Part shown: positions 1 through 9,719 of the stretch, one piece after another
Layout of the letters: each line of letters begins with the position of its first letter
Numbering within the stretch: the stretch's first letter is position 1
NCBI GenBank assembly: GCA_027622715.1
Contig: JAQBYN010000002.1
Location: forward strand, 6,682-70,681
DNA from: Pseudomonadota bacterium
GTDB taxonomy: Bacteria > Pseudomonadota > Alphaproteobacteria > SHVP01
DNA length: 64,000 nucleotides
Direction: 5' to 3'
The notes under the pieces: model-generated
Told to the model about the DNA's origin: nothing
The model's database searches: none
Seen by the model: only the letters and a program-made list of their open reading frames with translations
Made by a program: the position numbers and the translations under genes

Positions 1-1023
1 GGGATTACCCAGCAAATGATCGCTGACGGTCTGATCGCCCCGACCTGGCAATTCCGCAACCGCGAGACCGGCGAACGGGCCGAGTTCGATCTCGGCCTGA
101 TCAAGGACGAAACGGCCCATCCGTACCGGGTCCAATGTGAACAGCACAAACTGACGCGCCTTATTCACCAGAAAATCAAAGACTGGGACAATGTCGAGGT
201 TTGGTTCAATACCCGCGTTGAGGATATTGGCCAAGACGCGGATTCTGCGTGGGCAGTGGTCGACCGCGGTGGGGAAAAACTGACGGTACGGGGCCGCTAT
301 TTGATCGGTGCGGACGGTGCCAGTAGTGCGGTGCGCATCAAGCTCGGTATCGGCTTCGAGGGCGTGACATATCCCGAATGGTTCGTCCAAGGGACGACGT
401 CGTTCGAGTTTCGCGACTACATGCCGAATCTTTCGTTGATCAACTACGTCTCCGACTCCGATGAGTGGTTTGTGTTGTTGCGGGTCATCGGGAAATGGCG
501 GGCGCTCTTTCCCTCGCGCGAGGGAGAAAGCCAAGAGGACGCAATTTCCGATGCGAGTTTGCAAAAGCGCCTGAACGGTATTCACGCGAAGGCGGAGCCC
601 TACGACCTGATGCACAAAACGATCTATCGGATCCATCAGCGGGTGGCGACGACCTACAATATGGGTCGCATCTTCCTAGCCGGCGATGCAGCGCACCTGA
701 ACAACCCGCTGGGCGGCATGGGCATGAACGGCGGTATCCATGACGCCGTTAACCTGACCGACAAGTTGACGGCGGTTTGGCGCGGCGAGGGCGATGCGGG
801 CTTGTTCGACCGGTATACGCGGCAGCGCCAGCCCATTGCGGTGGAAAATGTTCAAGCGCAGGCTGAACGGAATCGCAAATTGCTCAACGAACGCGATCCC
901 AAGGTTCGCTTGGCCAACTTTCGTGATACCCAGAAAACAGCGTCGGACCCCAAAAAGGCGCGAGATTTTCTGTTGCGGTCGTCGATGATCGAAGGTTTGC
1001 GGCGGGCCGAAACAATAGCGTGA
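1..1023 (+). CDS. FAD-dependent monooxygenase (MhpA/UbiH-like), 5' end outside window
   Basis: Frame open from base 1; YLIGADGASSAVR (DG motif) and IFLAGDAAHLNNPLGGMGMNGGIHDAVNL (GD motif); N-terminal GxGxxG missing, so truncated by the window edge. Confidence 0.88.
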   Translation, partial: GITQQMIADGLIAPTWQFRNRETGERAEFDLGLIKDETAHPYRVQCEQHKLTRLIHQKIKDWDNVEVWFNTRVEDIGQDADSAWAVVDRGGEKLTVRGRYLIGADGASSAVRIKLGIGFEGVTYPEWFVQGTTSFEFRDYMPNLSLINYVSDSDEWFVLLRVIGKWRALFPSREGESQEDAISDASLQKRLNGIHAKAEPYDLMHKTIYRIHQRVATTYNMGRIFLAGDAAHLNNPLGGMGMNGGIHDAVNLTDKLTAVWRGEGDAGLFDRYTRQRQPIAVENVQAQAERNRKLLNERDPKVRLANFRDTQKTASDPKKARDFLLRSSMIEGLRRAETIA

Positions 1024-1080
1024 CGACCGTCGCAGACGTGAATTAGAATCGGCGCAAGACACATCGATTTTGGGGAATCT

Positions 1081-1467
1081 ATGTTTCATCGAGTGGCAGC
1101 GGCAGCGATCGCCGTATTCCTATTCTCGTCGCCGGTTTGGGCGTTCGATGCACCGCGCGGCGTGAAAGTCGTGAAGACCGAGAAGGGTGAGGCCTTGGCT
1201 GATCCCGACGGCATGACTCTTTATGTCTACGACCGCGACGGTGCTTTCGAATCGAAATGCGCCGCGACGTGCGCCCAAAATTGGCCGCCGCTGGAGGCCC
1301 GCGAGAAGGACGAACGGGTTGGCCGGTTCCTCGTCATCGAGCGCGGCGACGGCAAACTGCAATGGAGCTATGGCGGGAAGCCGCTGTATCGCTGGTCGAA
1401 AGATAAAGACAAGGGCGATATCACCGGGCACGGCCTAGCCGGCGTTTGGCGTATCGCGGCACCCTAA
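1081..1467 (+). CDS. Secreted Yx(FWY)xxD-repeat protein (COG4315-like)
   Basis: Signal peptide; GMTLYVYDRD, CAATCAQNWPP, QWSYGGKPLYRWSKD and GDITG motifs. Confidence 0.85.
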   Translation: MFHRVAAAAIAVFLFSSPVWAFDAPRGVKVVKTEKGEALADPDGMTLYVYDRDGAFESKCAATCAQNWPPLEAREKDERVGRFLVIERGDGKLQWSYGGKPLYRWSKDKDKGDITGHGLAGVWRIAAP

Positions 1468-1531
1468 TCCAGACGGCTTGACGCCGCGCCGTCCGGATGG
1501 TGCCATCCGCGCCTCGTAGGGGAGGTGGCGC

Positions 1532-2698
1532 ATGGCAGACCAGTGGGACGCGTGGCAAGACGACCTGACGGCATTGCGGCGGGATATTCACGCCCATCCT
1601 GAAACGGCGTTCGAAGAGTTTCGCACGGCCGACTTGGTCGCGGACCAACTGACGTCTTATGGGATCGACGTTCACCGGGGTTTGGCCAAGACCGGGGTCG
1701 TCGGCGTACTCAAGGCTGGCACCGGCAACCGCGCCATCGGCCTGCGCGCCGACATGGATGCGCTGCCCATCGAAGAGCTCAACGATTTCGCGCACCGATC
1801 GATCAACCAAGGCAAAATGCACGCCTGTGGGCACGATGGCCACACGACCATGCTGCTGGGTGCCGCACGCTATTTGGCGCAGAACCGCGATTTCGACGGC
1901 ACCGTTCACTTCATTTTCCAGCCCGCCGAGGAGAACGAGGGCGGCGGCGGGGTGATGGTCGAGGAGGGGCTGTTCGAGCAGTTTCCCTGCGAATCGGTCT
2001 ACGGGATGCACAACATGCCGGGGCTGGAGGTCGGCCATTTTGCGGTGCGCCAGGGGCCAATCATGGCGGCATTCGACCGGTTCACCGTGCATATCCAGGG
2101 CAAGGGTGCGCATGCCGCGCTACCCCATACCGGAATCGATCCCATTGTCGTTGGCGCGCATTTGGTGACGGCCTGGCAGACATTGGTGAGCCGTACGACG
2201 GACCCCATCGATTCGGTGGTGCTCAGCGTGACCAAGTTTCACGGCGGCGATGCCTACAACGTTATTCCCGACCGCATCGAGCTAGGCGGGACCGTCCGCA
2301 CTTTCCGCGCCGACACCCGCGACCGAATGGAGCGGCAATTCCGCGAGATGGGCGAGAGCATCTGCGCCGCGTTCGGCGCGTCCTTCGAGTTGCGATTCGA
2401 CCGCTGCTATCCGGCAACGGTTAATACGGGCGAGGAAACCGGCTATGCCGCCGCGGCGGCGACAAAAGTGGTCGGTGCGGCCAATGTCAATCCGAACACG
2501 CCACCGCTGATGGGCTCGGAAGACTTCGCGTTCATGCTACAAGCACGGCCGGGGTGCTACATGCTGATCGGCAACGGCTCGGGCGAGGATGCCTGCATGG
2601 TCCATAACCCACACTATGACTTTAACGATGAGATTCTGACGCTGGGGGCACGCTATTGGGTGCAGTTGGCGCAAGACCTGTTGCCCATCCGGGCATAG
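1532..2698 (+). CDS. M20 family amidohydrolase (hippurate hydrolase-like)
   Basis: HAHPETAFEE, LRADMDALP, MHACGHDGHT, FQPAEE, GSEDFAF, HNPHYDFND; GGAGG RBS. Confidence 0.93.
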   Translation: MADQWDAWQDDLTALRRDIHAHPETAFEEFRTADLVADQLTSYGIDVHRGLAKTGVVGVLKAGTGNRAIGLRADMDALPIEELNDFAHRSINQGKMHACGHDGHTTMLLGAARYLAQNRDFDGTVHFIFQPAEENEGGGGVMVEEGLFEQFPCESVYGMHNMPGLEVGHFAVRQGPIMAAFDRFTVHIQGKGAHAALPHTGIDPIVVGAHLVTAWQTLVSRTTDPIDSVVLSVTKFHGGDAYNVIPDRIELGGTVRTFRADTRDRMERQFREMGESICAAFGASFELRFDRCYPATVNTGEETGYAAAAATKVVGAANVNPNTPPLMGSEDFAFMLQARPGCYMLIGNGSGEDACMVHNPHYDFNDEILTLGARYWVQLAQDLLPIRA

Positions 2699-2703
2699 CG
2701 CAG

Positions 2704-3462
2704 CTACATCGCGTTGACGTACTCGCCGCCGTTGGCACTGAGCGTCTGGCCGGTGATGAAATCGGCGCCGGGTCCGGCCAGAAATGTCACGAGTTTGGCC
2801 ACATCGTCGGGCGTGGCGAGACGGCCCATTGGGTTGGCTTGGCCGCGCCGCGCGATGTCTTCGGCGCTGAAAAAGTTGGTTGCCATTGGCGTCGCGATGA
2901 ATGACGGCGCCACCGTGTTGACGCAAATATTGAACGGCGCGTACTCCAGCGCCCAGCAGCGCGCAAAACCGATCAGGGCGGCCTTGCTGCCGGCATAGTG
3001 CGGGTTGTTCGCCGTGCCGCGCAGCGCGACCAGCGATGAAATATTGATGATGCGGCCGTGGCGGCGCTGTTTCATGCCGGCGATCACGGCTTGGGCGGCA
3101 AAGAATGGGGCCTTGGCATTGATGCGGAATATTTCGTCAAACAGGGCCTCGTTGACGTCCTCAAAGGCCTGACCGCCGCCGATGCCGGCGTTGTTGACAA
3201 GAATGTCGATGCGTCCGTGGCGGTGTTCGATGTCGGCGGCGGCTTTCCGGAAGTCCGCGTTGTCAGTGACATTGCCGACCACCACCTCGGCGGCGCCGCC
3301 GGCTTTGACGATCGCCTCCGCGCAAGTCGCGGCTGTTTCACGATTGCGGTCATGGACGACGACCAGCGCGCCCTCGGCGGCCAATGCCGCGGCTTGGGCC
3401 CGGCCAAGGCCGCCTCCGGCGCCGGTTACGATGGCCACTTGGCCCTGTAGGGCGTCTGCCAT
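2704..3462 (-). CDS. SDR family oxidoreductase
   Basis: TGAGGGLG, LVNNAG, YAGSK catalytic motif. Confidence 0.92.
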   Translation of the reverse strand: MADALQGQVAIVTGAGGGLGRAQAAALAAEGALVVVHDRNRETAATCAEAIVKAGGAAEVVVGNVTDNADFRKAAADIEHRHGRIDILVNNAGIGGGQAFEDVNEALFDEIFRINAKAPFFAAQAVIAGMKQRRHGRIINISSLVALRGTANNPHYAGSKAALIGFARCWALEYAPFNICVNTVAPSFIATPMATNFFSAEDIARRGQANPMGRLATPDDVAKLVTFLAGPGADFITGQTLSANGGEYVNAM

Positions 3463-3548
3463 GTCGCTTTCTCCCCCTGTCGCGGTTGTTTATCGCCACC
3501 CGGTCGCTTGTAGTAGACTGCTGCGACGGTGGCCAGGGGAGAGCAACT

Positions 3549-4475
3549 GTGGCGAGAAAATCGAGCGCAAGTACAAACAAGAGGGCCGCGCTGAAGGCCA
3601 AGCCGAAATCGGCGACCACGAAGGTAGGTACTAAGAAAACGCCTAGCAAATCTCACCTGCTGCAAAGCGCCAAGATCACCCCGGATGCGCCGACCTGGAC
3701 ACCCAGGCCATCCGGCCGTGGCGCCAAGAAAAAGATCAAGGTCGAGGGATGGAGCGCGCCGTTCCTCAGTTCGCCCTACAACGAGCCGCCGCATCCGATG
3801 GAGTCGGCGAAGATGATCGTGGTCGAGTTCGAACCCGATCCAGACGCCGCCTGGGAAGCGGTGCCCGACCCGTTGGAATGGGTTCCCGGCACAACGGGAG
3901 TCGCGTGTATCGGCGACAACCGGCAAATGCCGACCTCGCAAATATTCCAAGAAGGCATGGTCGTGCTCAAGGTAAAGCTGGGCGACGAGATCGGCAGCTT
4001 CACGCCCTACATTTGGACGTCGACCGACGAGGCGATGTTGGCCGCGCGCGAAGTGTCGGGGCGGCCCAAGATGATGTGCGACCACAACGAATTGCAGATC
4101 ATGGGCAGCTCGACATCAGCGGTAATCACGCGGCGCGGCGAAACGTTGATGCGCGCCTCGGCGACGCTGGAGAAGCCGGCCGAGGTCAAGGAATTGCCGT
4201 TCGGCGGCGCGTGGTTTTCTGTGCGCAAGGTGCAAATGCCCGAAGAGGGCCGGCCTGCGTTGAAACAAGTGATCAGGCAGGCCCTGACGGGCTCGTTCAA
4301 AGCACAATCGATTTGGCGCGGGCGTGGCTATTGCGAATTTCCCGGCCAAAGCATTTCCGATGTGTGGAAGCTCGCGCCCAAACCCACGGGCCGCGCGTGG
4401 ATGATCCACGTTAGCTGGGATTTGCAGTTCGGCAAGATCGTTTGGGAAAACTGGGTGCCGGCGATCGTCGGCTGA
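3549..4475 (+). CDS. Acetoacetate decarboxylase family protein with Lys-rich N-terminal extension
   Basis: GTG at 3549 after GGGAGAG RBS; AAREVSGRPK resembles the ADC GRE..G.PK Schiff-base Lys motif. Confidence 0.75.
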   Translation: MARKSSASTNKRAALKAKPKSATTKVGTKKTPSKSHLLQSAKITPDAPTWTPRPSGRGAKKKIKVEGWSAPFLSSPYNEPPHPMESAKMIVVEFEPDPDAAWEAVPDPLEWVPGTTGVACIGDNRQMPTSQIFQEGMVVLKVKLGDEIGSFTPYIWTSTDEAMLAAREVSGRPKMMCDHNELQIMGSSTSAVITRRGETLMRASATLEKPAEVKELPFGGAWFSVRKVQMPEEGRPALKQVIRQALTGSFKAQSIWRGRGYCEFPGQSISDVWKLAPKPTGRAWMIHVSWDLQFGKIVWENWVPAIVG

Positions 4476-4487
4476 GGGAGGACACGT

Positions 4488-5270
4488 ATGCGCCCCTACA
4501 CATATCTGGATACCAATGCGATGCCGTGGCAGGACACCGAGACGCCCGGGCTTTACACCAAGTACCTGAGCCACGACCCAGTCAACGGCGCCCGCACCGC
4601 GTTGCAGTGCATTGATCCCACGCGCGGCTACAAGCCGCCAGCCACCGCGCACTATCACCACATGGATGAAGAACTGTTGGTGATCAAGGGCACCTTCACG
4701 TTCGATGGCACGACGTGGCTCGGACCGAAGGCCTATTGCTTTCACCCGGCGCAAACGGTGCACGGCTTTCGCAGCCGCATCGACGACGAGGCGTGGTTCA
4801 TTTCGCGGTGCAGCAAAGAATTGGATTTTTGCCTGTACCCGGAGGCCAAGGGCGATACGCCTTATTCGCTCACCGACGCACAAGACCCTCGCGGCGTCAC
4901 CGTGCTGGCGGACCCCGAGGTCGGTGAATGGATCGACGTCAAAGATAGTGCCGGTTCGGTAAAGCTGCGCCGTCGCCTGCTGAGCCGCCATCCAGAAACC
5001 GGCGAAGGCTCAATGCTGGTGAGGTTCATGCCGGGTTGGGAGAGCCCCAACGGCGACCATTTCCACACTGTTTATGAAGAACTTTTTGTCCTCGACGGGA
5101 CGATGGAGACCGACGACGGCCACACCTACGGCGCGGGCACCTATTTGTTCAAGCCGCCGCTCACCGTGCAATCTCGGCCCAAGAGCGCGAGCGGCGCGCT
5201 GGCCTACATCAATTTCGGCGGCAAACTAGATTTTGTCCCGGCGGGCCGGTTGAACGAGTTCAAGAACTAA
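4488..5270 (+). CDS. Tandem cupin-domain protein (ChrR/DUF4437-like)
   Basis: Two repeats: HYHHMDEELLVIKG...FHPAQTVHG and HFHTVYEELFVLDG...FKPPLTVQ; GGAGG RBS. Confidence 0.8.
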   Translation: MRPYTYLDTNAMPWQDTETPGLYTKYLSHDPVNGARTALQCIDPTRGYKPPATAHYHHMDEELLVIKGTFTFDGTTWLGPKAYCFHPAQTVHGFRSRIDDEAWFISRCSKELDFCLYPEAKGDTPYSLTDAQDPRGVTVLADPEVGEWIDVKDSAGSVKLRRRLLSRHPETGEGSMLVRFMPGWESPNGDHFHTVYEELFVLDGTMETDDGHTYGAGTYLFKPPLTVQSRPKSASGALAYINFGGKLDFVPAGRLNEFKN

Positions 5271-6385
5271 AACCCGAAAAACCGCTTCGGATTTTCTTCC
5301 AATATTTTGCGTTTCAGCGAATCGGAAAGATCGGGGCGCTCTTCGACTTCGGCGATTGAATCCTCCAGCGCTTCTTCGTGCGGCAGGTCGGCGGAGGTCA
5401 TCAGATGGTCCTCGCCCAGCATTTCGGCGACGTCGGGTAGGTAGCGCTCGTCGCCTTCGCAGGCGAAATAGATGTTGCCGCCGGCGAGCCATTCGGTGGG
5501 GTTGCGGGTCGGCGTGCCGGGCCATTGTTTAGACGAATAGACCTGCCAATAGCGTTCCATGCGCGGCACGAGGTAGGGCAACCAGTCAGCGCCTGCCTCG
5601 AAAAAGCCGACGCGGAGTTTCGGATGGCGTTCTAGGATGCCGCCGCCGATCATGCTGAACAGGCCGAACATCATTGGGATGGCGACGAAGGTCGCTGAGG
5701 CAAAGATGGTGTCCATTTTTTTGTGGATCGAGGGCATGTTCCAGCCGACGTGCATGGCCACCGGCATGTCGAGTGCCTCGGCCTCGGTCCAAATCGAATC
5801 GAATTGGGGTTCGTGTAGGAATTGCTCGCCGGCACTGCCGTAGACCAACATCGCCGCGGCGCCGAGTTTCTTGACTCGGCGCAGTTCTTTGATCGCCAGC
5901 TCGGGGTTGCGCACCGGAATGGGCGCGGCGAATTTAAGCCGTTGTGGATAGGCCGCGCAGGTCTCGGCAGCCCACGTGTTGTAGCTCGCCATCAACGCCG
6001 CCTCGAACTGCATGTCGAGCGACAGCATGTCGAGGAAGATGGTCGGGAACAGAACCTGGATGTCGATCCCGAGTTTGTCCATGTCGGCGATGCGCGCCGA
6101 CGGCGGTACCAAGGTTTGGCTTTCGATCGAGAACTTTTTCGATTTGGCGAATTTGGAACTGACCGGGGTGCCGTAAATCAGTGGGCCGTAACCGTAGGGA
6201 CGCGGGAACATTTGGCCGTCGATTAGCCAATAGGCGTCCTGGGCGAAGGGTCCCGGCAGACCGGGATGCTGCACGATGACCGGGCGCCGGTGCGCATAGG
6301 CTGGATCGAGGTGGTTCCATACATCGTCGGCTTCCTCGACGTGCGAGTCAGCGTCGATGATGATCTGTCCATTGGGTCGCGCCAT
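5267..6385 (-). CDS. Amidohydrolase_2 family protein
   Basis: IIDADSHVEE, ARIADMDKLGIDIQVLFPT, AMHVG, GGILERHPKLRVGFFEAG, SADLPH. Confidence 0.9.
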   Translation of the reverse strand: MARPNGQIIIDADSHVEEADDVWNHLDPAYAHRRPVIVQHPGLPGPFAQDAYWLIDGQMFPRPYGYGPLIYGTPVSSKFAKSKKFSIESQTLVPPSARIADMDKLGIDIQVLFPTIFLDMLSLDMQFEAALMASYNTWAAETCAAYPQRLKFAAPIPVRNPELAIKELRRVKKLGAAAMLVYGSAGEQFLHEPQFDSIWTEAEALDMPVAMHVGWNMPSIHKKMDTIFASATFVAIPMMFGLFSMIGGGILERHPKLRVGFFEAGADWLPYLVPRMERYWQVYSSKQWPGTPTRNPTEWLAGGNIYFACEGDERYLPDVAEMLGEDHLMTSADLPHEEALEDSIAEVEERPDLSDSLKRKILEENPKRFFGF

Positions 6386-6467
6386 GCGTGGTCCTCCGAA
6401 TCAATACTGTAGGGGATGGTCAGCGGAGCGACCAGCGCCGGTGCAGGGGGGCGGAAACGCGGCCTAA

Positions 6468-8366
6468 CTAGGCCGGTTTGCGACGGTTCGCCATGACCTG
6501 GCGTAGTAAAGCGGCAGCCGCCAGCACGACGCCGGCCGCCTCGATCCAGGCGGCGCCGGTGAACCCGCCGGCGGGGATCAGGAGGGCGATACCCGCGGTG
6601 GTGAAGGCCGCGCGACCGAGTAGATCTAAGTTCCCGCGGAAGTAACCTCCAAGGCCCGCCGACGCGAACCAAACGCCGGCGACGGCTGTCACGACCGATT
6701 GGATCACCTCAAGGGCAGTGCCCTGAAGCAGCAGGCTTGGCGACAGGACGAATAGGAACGGCAGCACGAAGGCGGGCCAGCCGTAGCGACACGCGAGGAG
6801 CGCCGTTTGTAGGGGTTTCGCGCCGGCAAGGTTTGCGGCGGTGAATGCGGCGATAGCGACTGGCGGGGTGATCATCGACAGCAGGCCGAAGTAAAGCACG
6901 AACATGTCGGCGGCAATTGGATCGATCCCAAGCTTGCGCAAAGGGGGCGCGGCGAGCGTGGCAACGATCAGGTAGATCGCGGTTGTCGGCATGCCCATGC
7001 CGAGGATCACCGAAACAACCGCGGTCAGCAGCAGCAGCAGGAAGAGGCTGCTCTGGCCGACCTGGACCAGCAGGAACGTCAGACCGAAAGACAGGCCGCT
7101 GATCTCGATGACCCCAATGAGGAGGCCTGCCATCGCCCCGATGACGATGATGTCGACCGAGATTGCACCCGTCGCCGAAATGCTTTTTACGATATCGCGC
7201 CAACCGATGCGTCGGCCTTTGTAGCCGAACACGAAGGATACGATGACAATGGTTGCGGAGGCCCAGAGGGCTGCCGTCTCGGGGCGACGGTTGAGCCAAA
7301 ACAGCGCGAGAATAAGGACAGCGAAAGGCAGGGCAAAAAACCAACCCTCCCGCATCACTTGACCCATGGGGCGCATCTGTTCGCGCGGGATCGGCGGGAT
7401 ATTGCGGCGCGCAGCCTCGACATCGGCTTGGATGAAAACAGCAACGTAGTAGAGCAACGCCGGTAGCAAGGCCGCGATCACGATCTCGGAATAGCCGATG
7501 GCCAGGCGTTCGGACATCAAAAAGGCGGCCGCACCCATGATCGGCGGCATGATCTGCCCGCCAGTGGAGGCCACGGCTTCGATCGCGCCTGCCGCTTGCG
7601 GCGAATAACCACCGCGGCGCATGAGCGGAATCGTGAGGACGCCGGTGGAGGCGACATTGGAAACGGCGCTGCCCGAGATCGACCCAAACAGGCCCGAAGC
7701 GACGATGGCGATCTTTGCGGAGCCGCCGCGCGAGCGGCCGGTAAGTCCGATTGCGAGATCGGTAAACCATTCCGAACCGCCTGTTCGCAGCAGCAACTGG
7801 CCGAGAAAGATGAAGACAACGACGATGCTCGTGATGATCACGAGCGGTAGGCCGAACAGCGCGTTCAGATCCACGCCGAGGTAGGACACGAGGTTGGGGA
7901 AGGACTGCGCCCGGCCATTGAGTTGGCCCGGCACGAGATCGGCGACCAATCCATAGAGCAGAAAAATACCCAGAATGGTCACGAGGCCGAGACCGGCCGT
8001 GCGCCGCAAGGCCTCGATCACCAGCGGAATGAAGACGATGCCGACGATGAATGTCTCGGTTTGGCGGAAGTAGAACTCGTTCGACAGGACCGGATAGCGG
8101 ACAGCGAAATAGATGCCCGCGACAATGGCCAGAAGCGCGAAAAACGCATCGTAGACAGGGACCGTCCGATCAGGACCCGCCTTGCCGCGCGCGGGGACCG
8201 CAATGAATACGACGGCTAGGCCGACCCCAAGGATGATGCCCAGCGCCTGCTGGTCAAAAACCGAGATACCAAGGTGGAACGGCACGTCGCCGGCAAGGCC
8301 CATGGCAACGAGCGCGAGGATCGTTCCGAGGACCGGCTTGACGTGCCGGGTCAATAAATCGGACAT
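6468..8366 (-). CDS. TRAP transporter fused 4TM/12TM permease (TAXI type)
   Basis: Highly hydrophobic; GSISGSAVSNVASTG, IEAVASTGGQIMPPIMGAAAF, LGMGMPTTAIY, SMITPPVA. Confidence 0.95.
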   Translation of the reverse strand: MSDLLTRHVKPVLGTILALVAMGLAGDVPFHLGISVFDQQALGIILGVGLAVVFIAVPARGKAGPDRTVPVYDAFFALLAIVAGIYFAVRYPVLSNEFYFRQTETFIVGIVFIPLVIEALRRTAGLGLVTILGIFLLYGLVADLVPGQLNGRAQSFPNLVSYLGVDLNALFGLPLVIITSIVVVFIFLGQLLLRTGGSEWFTDLAIGLTGRSRGGSAKIAIVASGLFGSISGSAVSNVASTGVLTIPLMRRGGYSPQAAGAIEAVASTGGQIMPPIMGAAAFLMSERLAIGYSEIVIAALLPALLYYVAVFIQADVEAARRNIPPIPREQMRPMGQVMREGWFFALPFAVLILALFWLNRRPETAALWASATIVIVSFVFGYKGRRIGWRDIVKSISATGAISVDIIVIGAMAGLLIGVIEISGLSFGLTFLLVQVGQSSLFLLLLLTAVVSVILGMGMPTTAIYLIVATLAAPPLRKLGIDPIAADMFVLYFGLLSMITPPVAIAAFTAANLAGAKPLQTALLACRYGWPAFVLPFLFVLSPSLLLQGTALEVIQSVVTAVAGVWFASAGLGGYFRGNLDLLGRAAFTTAGIALLIPAGGFTGAAWIEAAGVVLAAAALLRQVMANRRKPA

Positions 8367-8394
8367 GTCACGTCACACGACTATGGATAGAGCC

Positions 8395-8429
8395 AAAGAG
8401 AAACGCCCGGCACGTGGTGCCGGGCGTTT
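8395..8429 (-). terminator. Stem-loop between TAXI receptor and permease genes (partial terminator or mRNA stabiliser)
   Basis: Perfect 13-bp stem AAACGCCCGGCAC/GTGCCGGGCGTTT (8401-8429), followed by CTCTTT on the minus strand. Confidence 0.6.
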
Positions 8430-8446
8430 GTAGGATTCAGCTACGC

Positions 8447-9397
8447 TCAGGAGCCGTGCCAGGCACCGGCTTCTTTGTAGAATTTGATCGCCCCAGGGTG
8501 GTAGGGCATGTCCTGATCTTTGCTCATGGTCGCCGATGTGTGCGTTTCCCAAAGGGGACCGAAGCCATGGAGTTGCGCTTCGTTCTCGTGCATCGCCTTG
8601 GTGATTTTGTAGACGACATCGTCAGACACATCTTTGCCAGCCCAAAGCATGTAATCGAAGAACATGATCTGCGTTGGCTTGTCGATACCGGTGAGGCCTG
8701 GTGCCACCTCTTTGAGGTAAGTGCGCGGCGCTTTTTCGGAGAAAGCCCTTGCGGCAGCTGGAGAAGGGTCGAACGACACGAAGCGGATGCCGCCAACGGC
8801 CGCGCTGGCATCGTTCACGAATCCAGCACCGACCGATCCGATCACGGCATCGATTTTACCTTCCTTGAACGCGTTGATCCCGGGTACGAGCCCTGTAACC
8901 GGTACCTTTTGCACGTCGTCAAAGGTCAAGCCGCCATTGGCGAGCATCCCATCGAGGATGGCCAGAAAGAGGGGCGAGGCACTGTACCCAGACGGGAGAC
9001 GCTTACCCTTGAGATCCTGGACCGAATGAATATCTGAATCCGCGCGGACGATCAGGCCGATGCGGAACTGCATCATGGTCGCGACGAGCCGCAAGTTATC
9101 GAACTTCTGGCCTTCGGATAGGCCGGTACCGGTATAGGCCATGATGGTCTGCATCATGTTCGCGATGCCGAACTCAAGCTCGCCGTTGTTGACCATCGGA
9201 ATATATTGCTGCGTCCCGCCCATCGGCTGGGGCAGCATGCGCAGTCCCGAGTGCTCGGTGACGATCTGTGCGATAGCGGTCGACGTTTGCGCGGTAGCAC
9301 CGCCTTTGGTGGTGCCGATCCCGACGGTTTGGGCAGCGGCGGCGCCTGCGATCAACGTCGCGGCGGCGGTGGCCAGGAGGAATTTGGATAGTTTCAT
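8447..9397 (-). CDS. TAXI family TRAP solute-binding protein
   Basis: Signal peptide; IGTTKGG, DLKGKRL, VYKITKAMHEN, PYHPGAIKFYKEAG. Confidence 0.93.
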   Translation of the reverse strand: MKLSKFLLATAAATLIAGAAAAQTVGIGTTKGGATAQTSTAIAQIVTEHSGLRMLPQPMGGTQQYIPMVNNGELEFGIANMMQTIMAYTGTGLSEGQKFDNLRLVATMMQFRIGLIVRADSDIHSVQDLKGKRLPSGYSASPLFLAILDGMLANGGLTFDDVQKVPVTGLVPGINAFKEGKIDAVIGSVGAGFVNDASAAVGGIRFVSFDPSPAAARAFSEKAPRTYLKEVAPGLTGIDKPTQIMFFDYMLWAGKDVSDDVVYKITKAMHENEAQLHGFGPLWETHTSATMSKDQDMPYHPGAIKFYKEAGAWHGS

Positions 9398-9719
9398 GTG
9401 TCGTACTCTCCCTAGTCCTTAGCGGGCTTTTGGCCCTTGGCGCCCGAGACGATTCCGGGGCGTCGGCGATTGTAGCCGATCCGTGGTGGGCTGCCCACAT
9501 GGCGTTGCAGGCGCCCTCACTTCAGGCCAGCAGTTTTGGTGATGACAAGGCGCGGGGTGCCGGCTCGTTGCTGAGGATGCGCAAAACCGGTCGCTTCGTC
9601 GCGGTCGGGTCTGCCCGCGTCCTCCCCGTGGGCAGACCATGCACGGCGCTTGCGGGCGGCGGCTGTCCTTCGCATGATGGCGCCCTAACAAAAACGTGGC
9701 GCCAAGGGAGGAACTCGTT

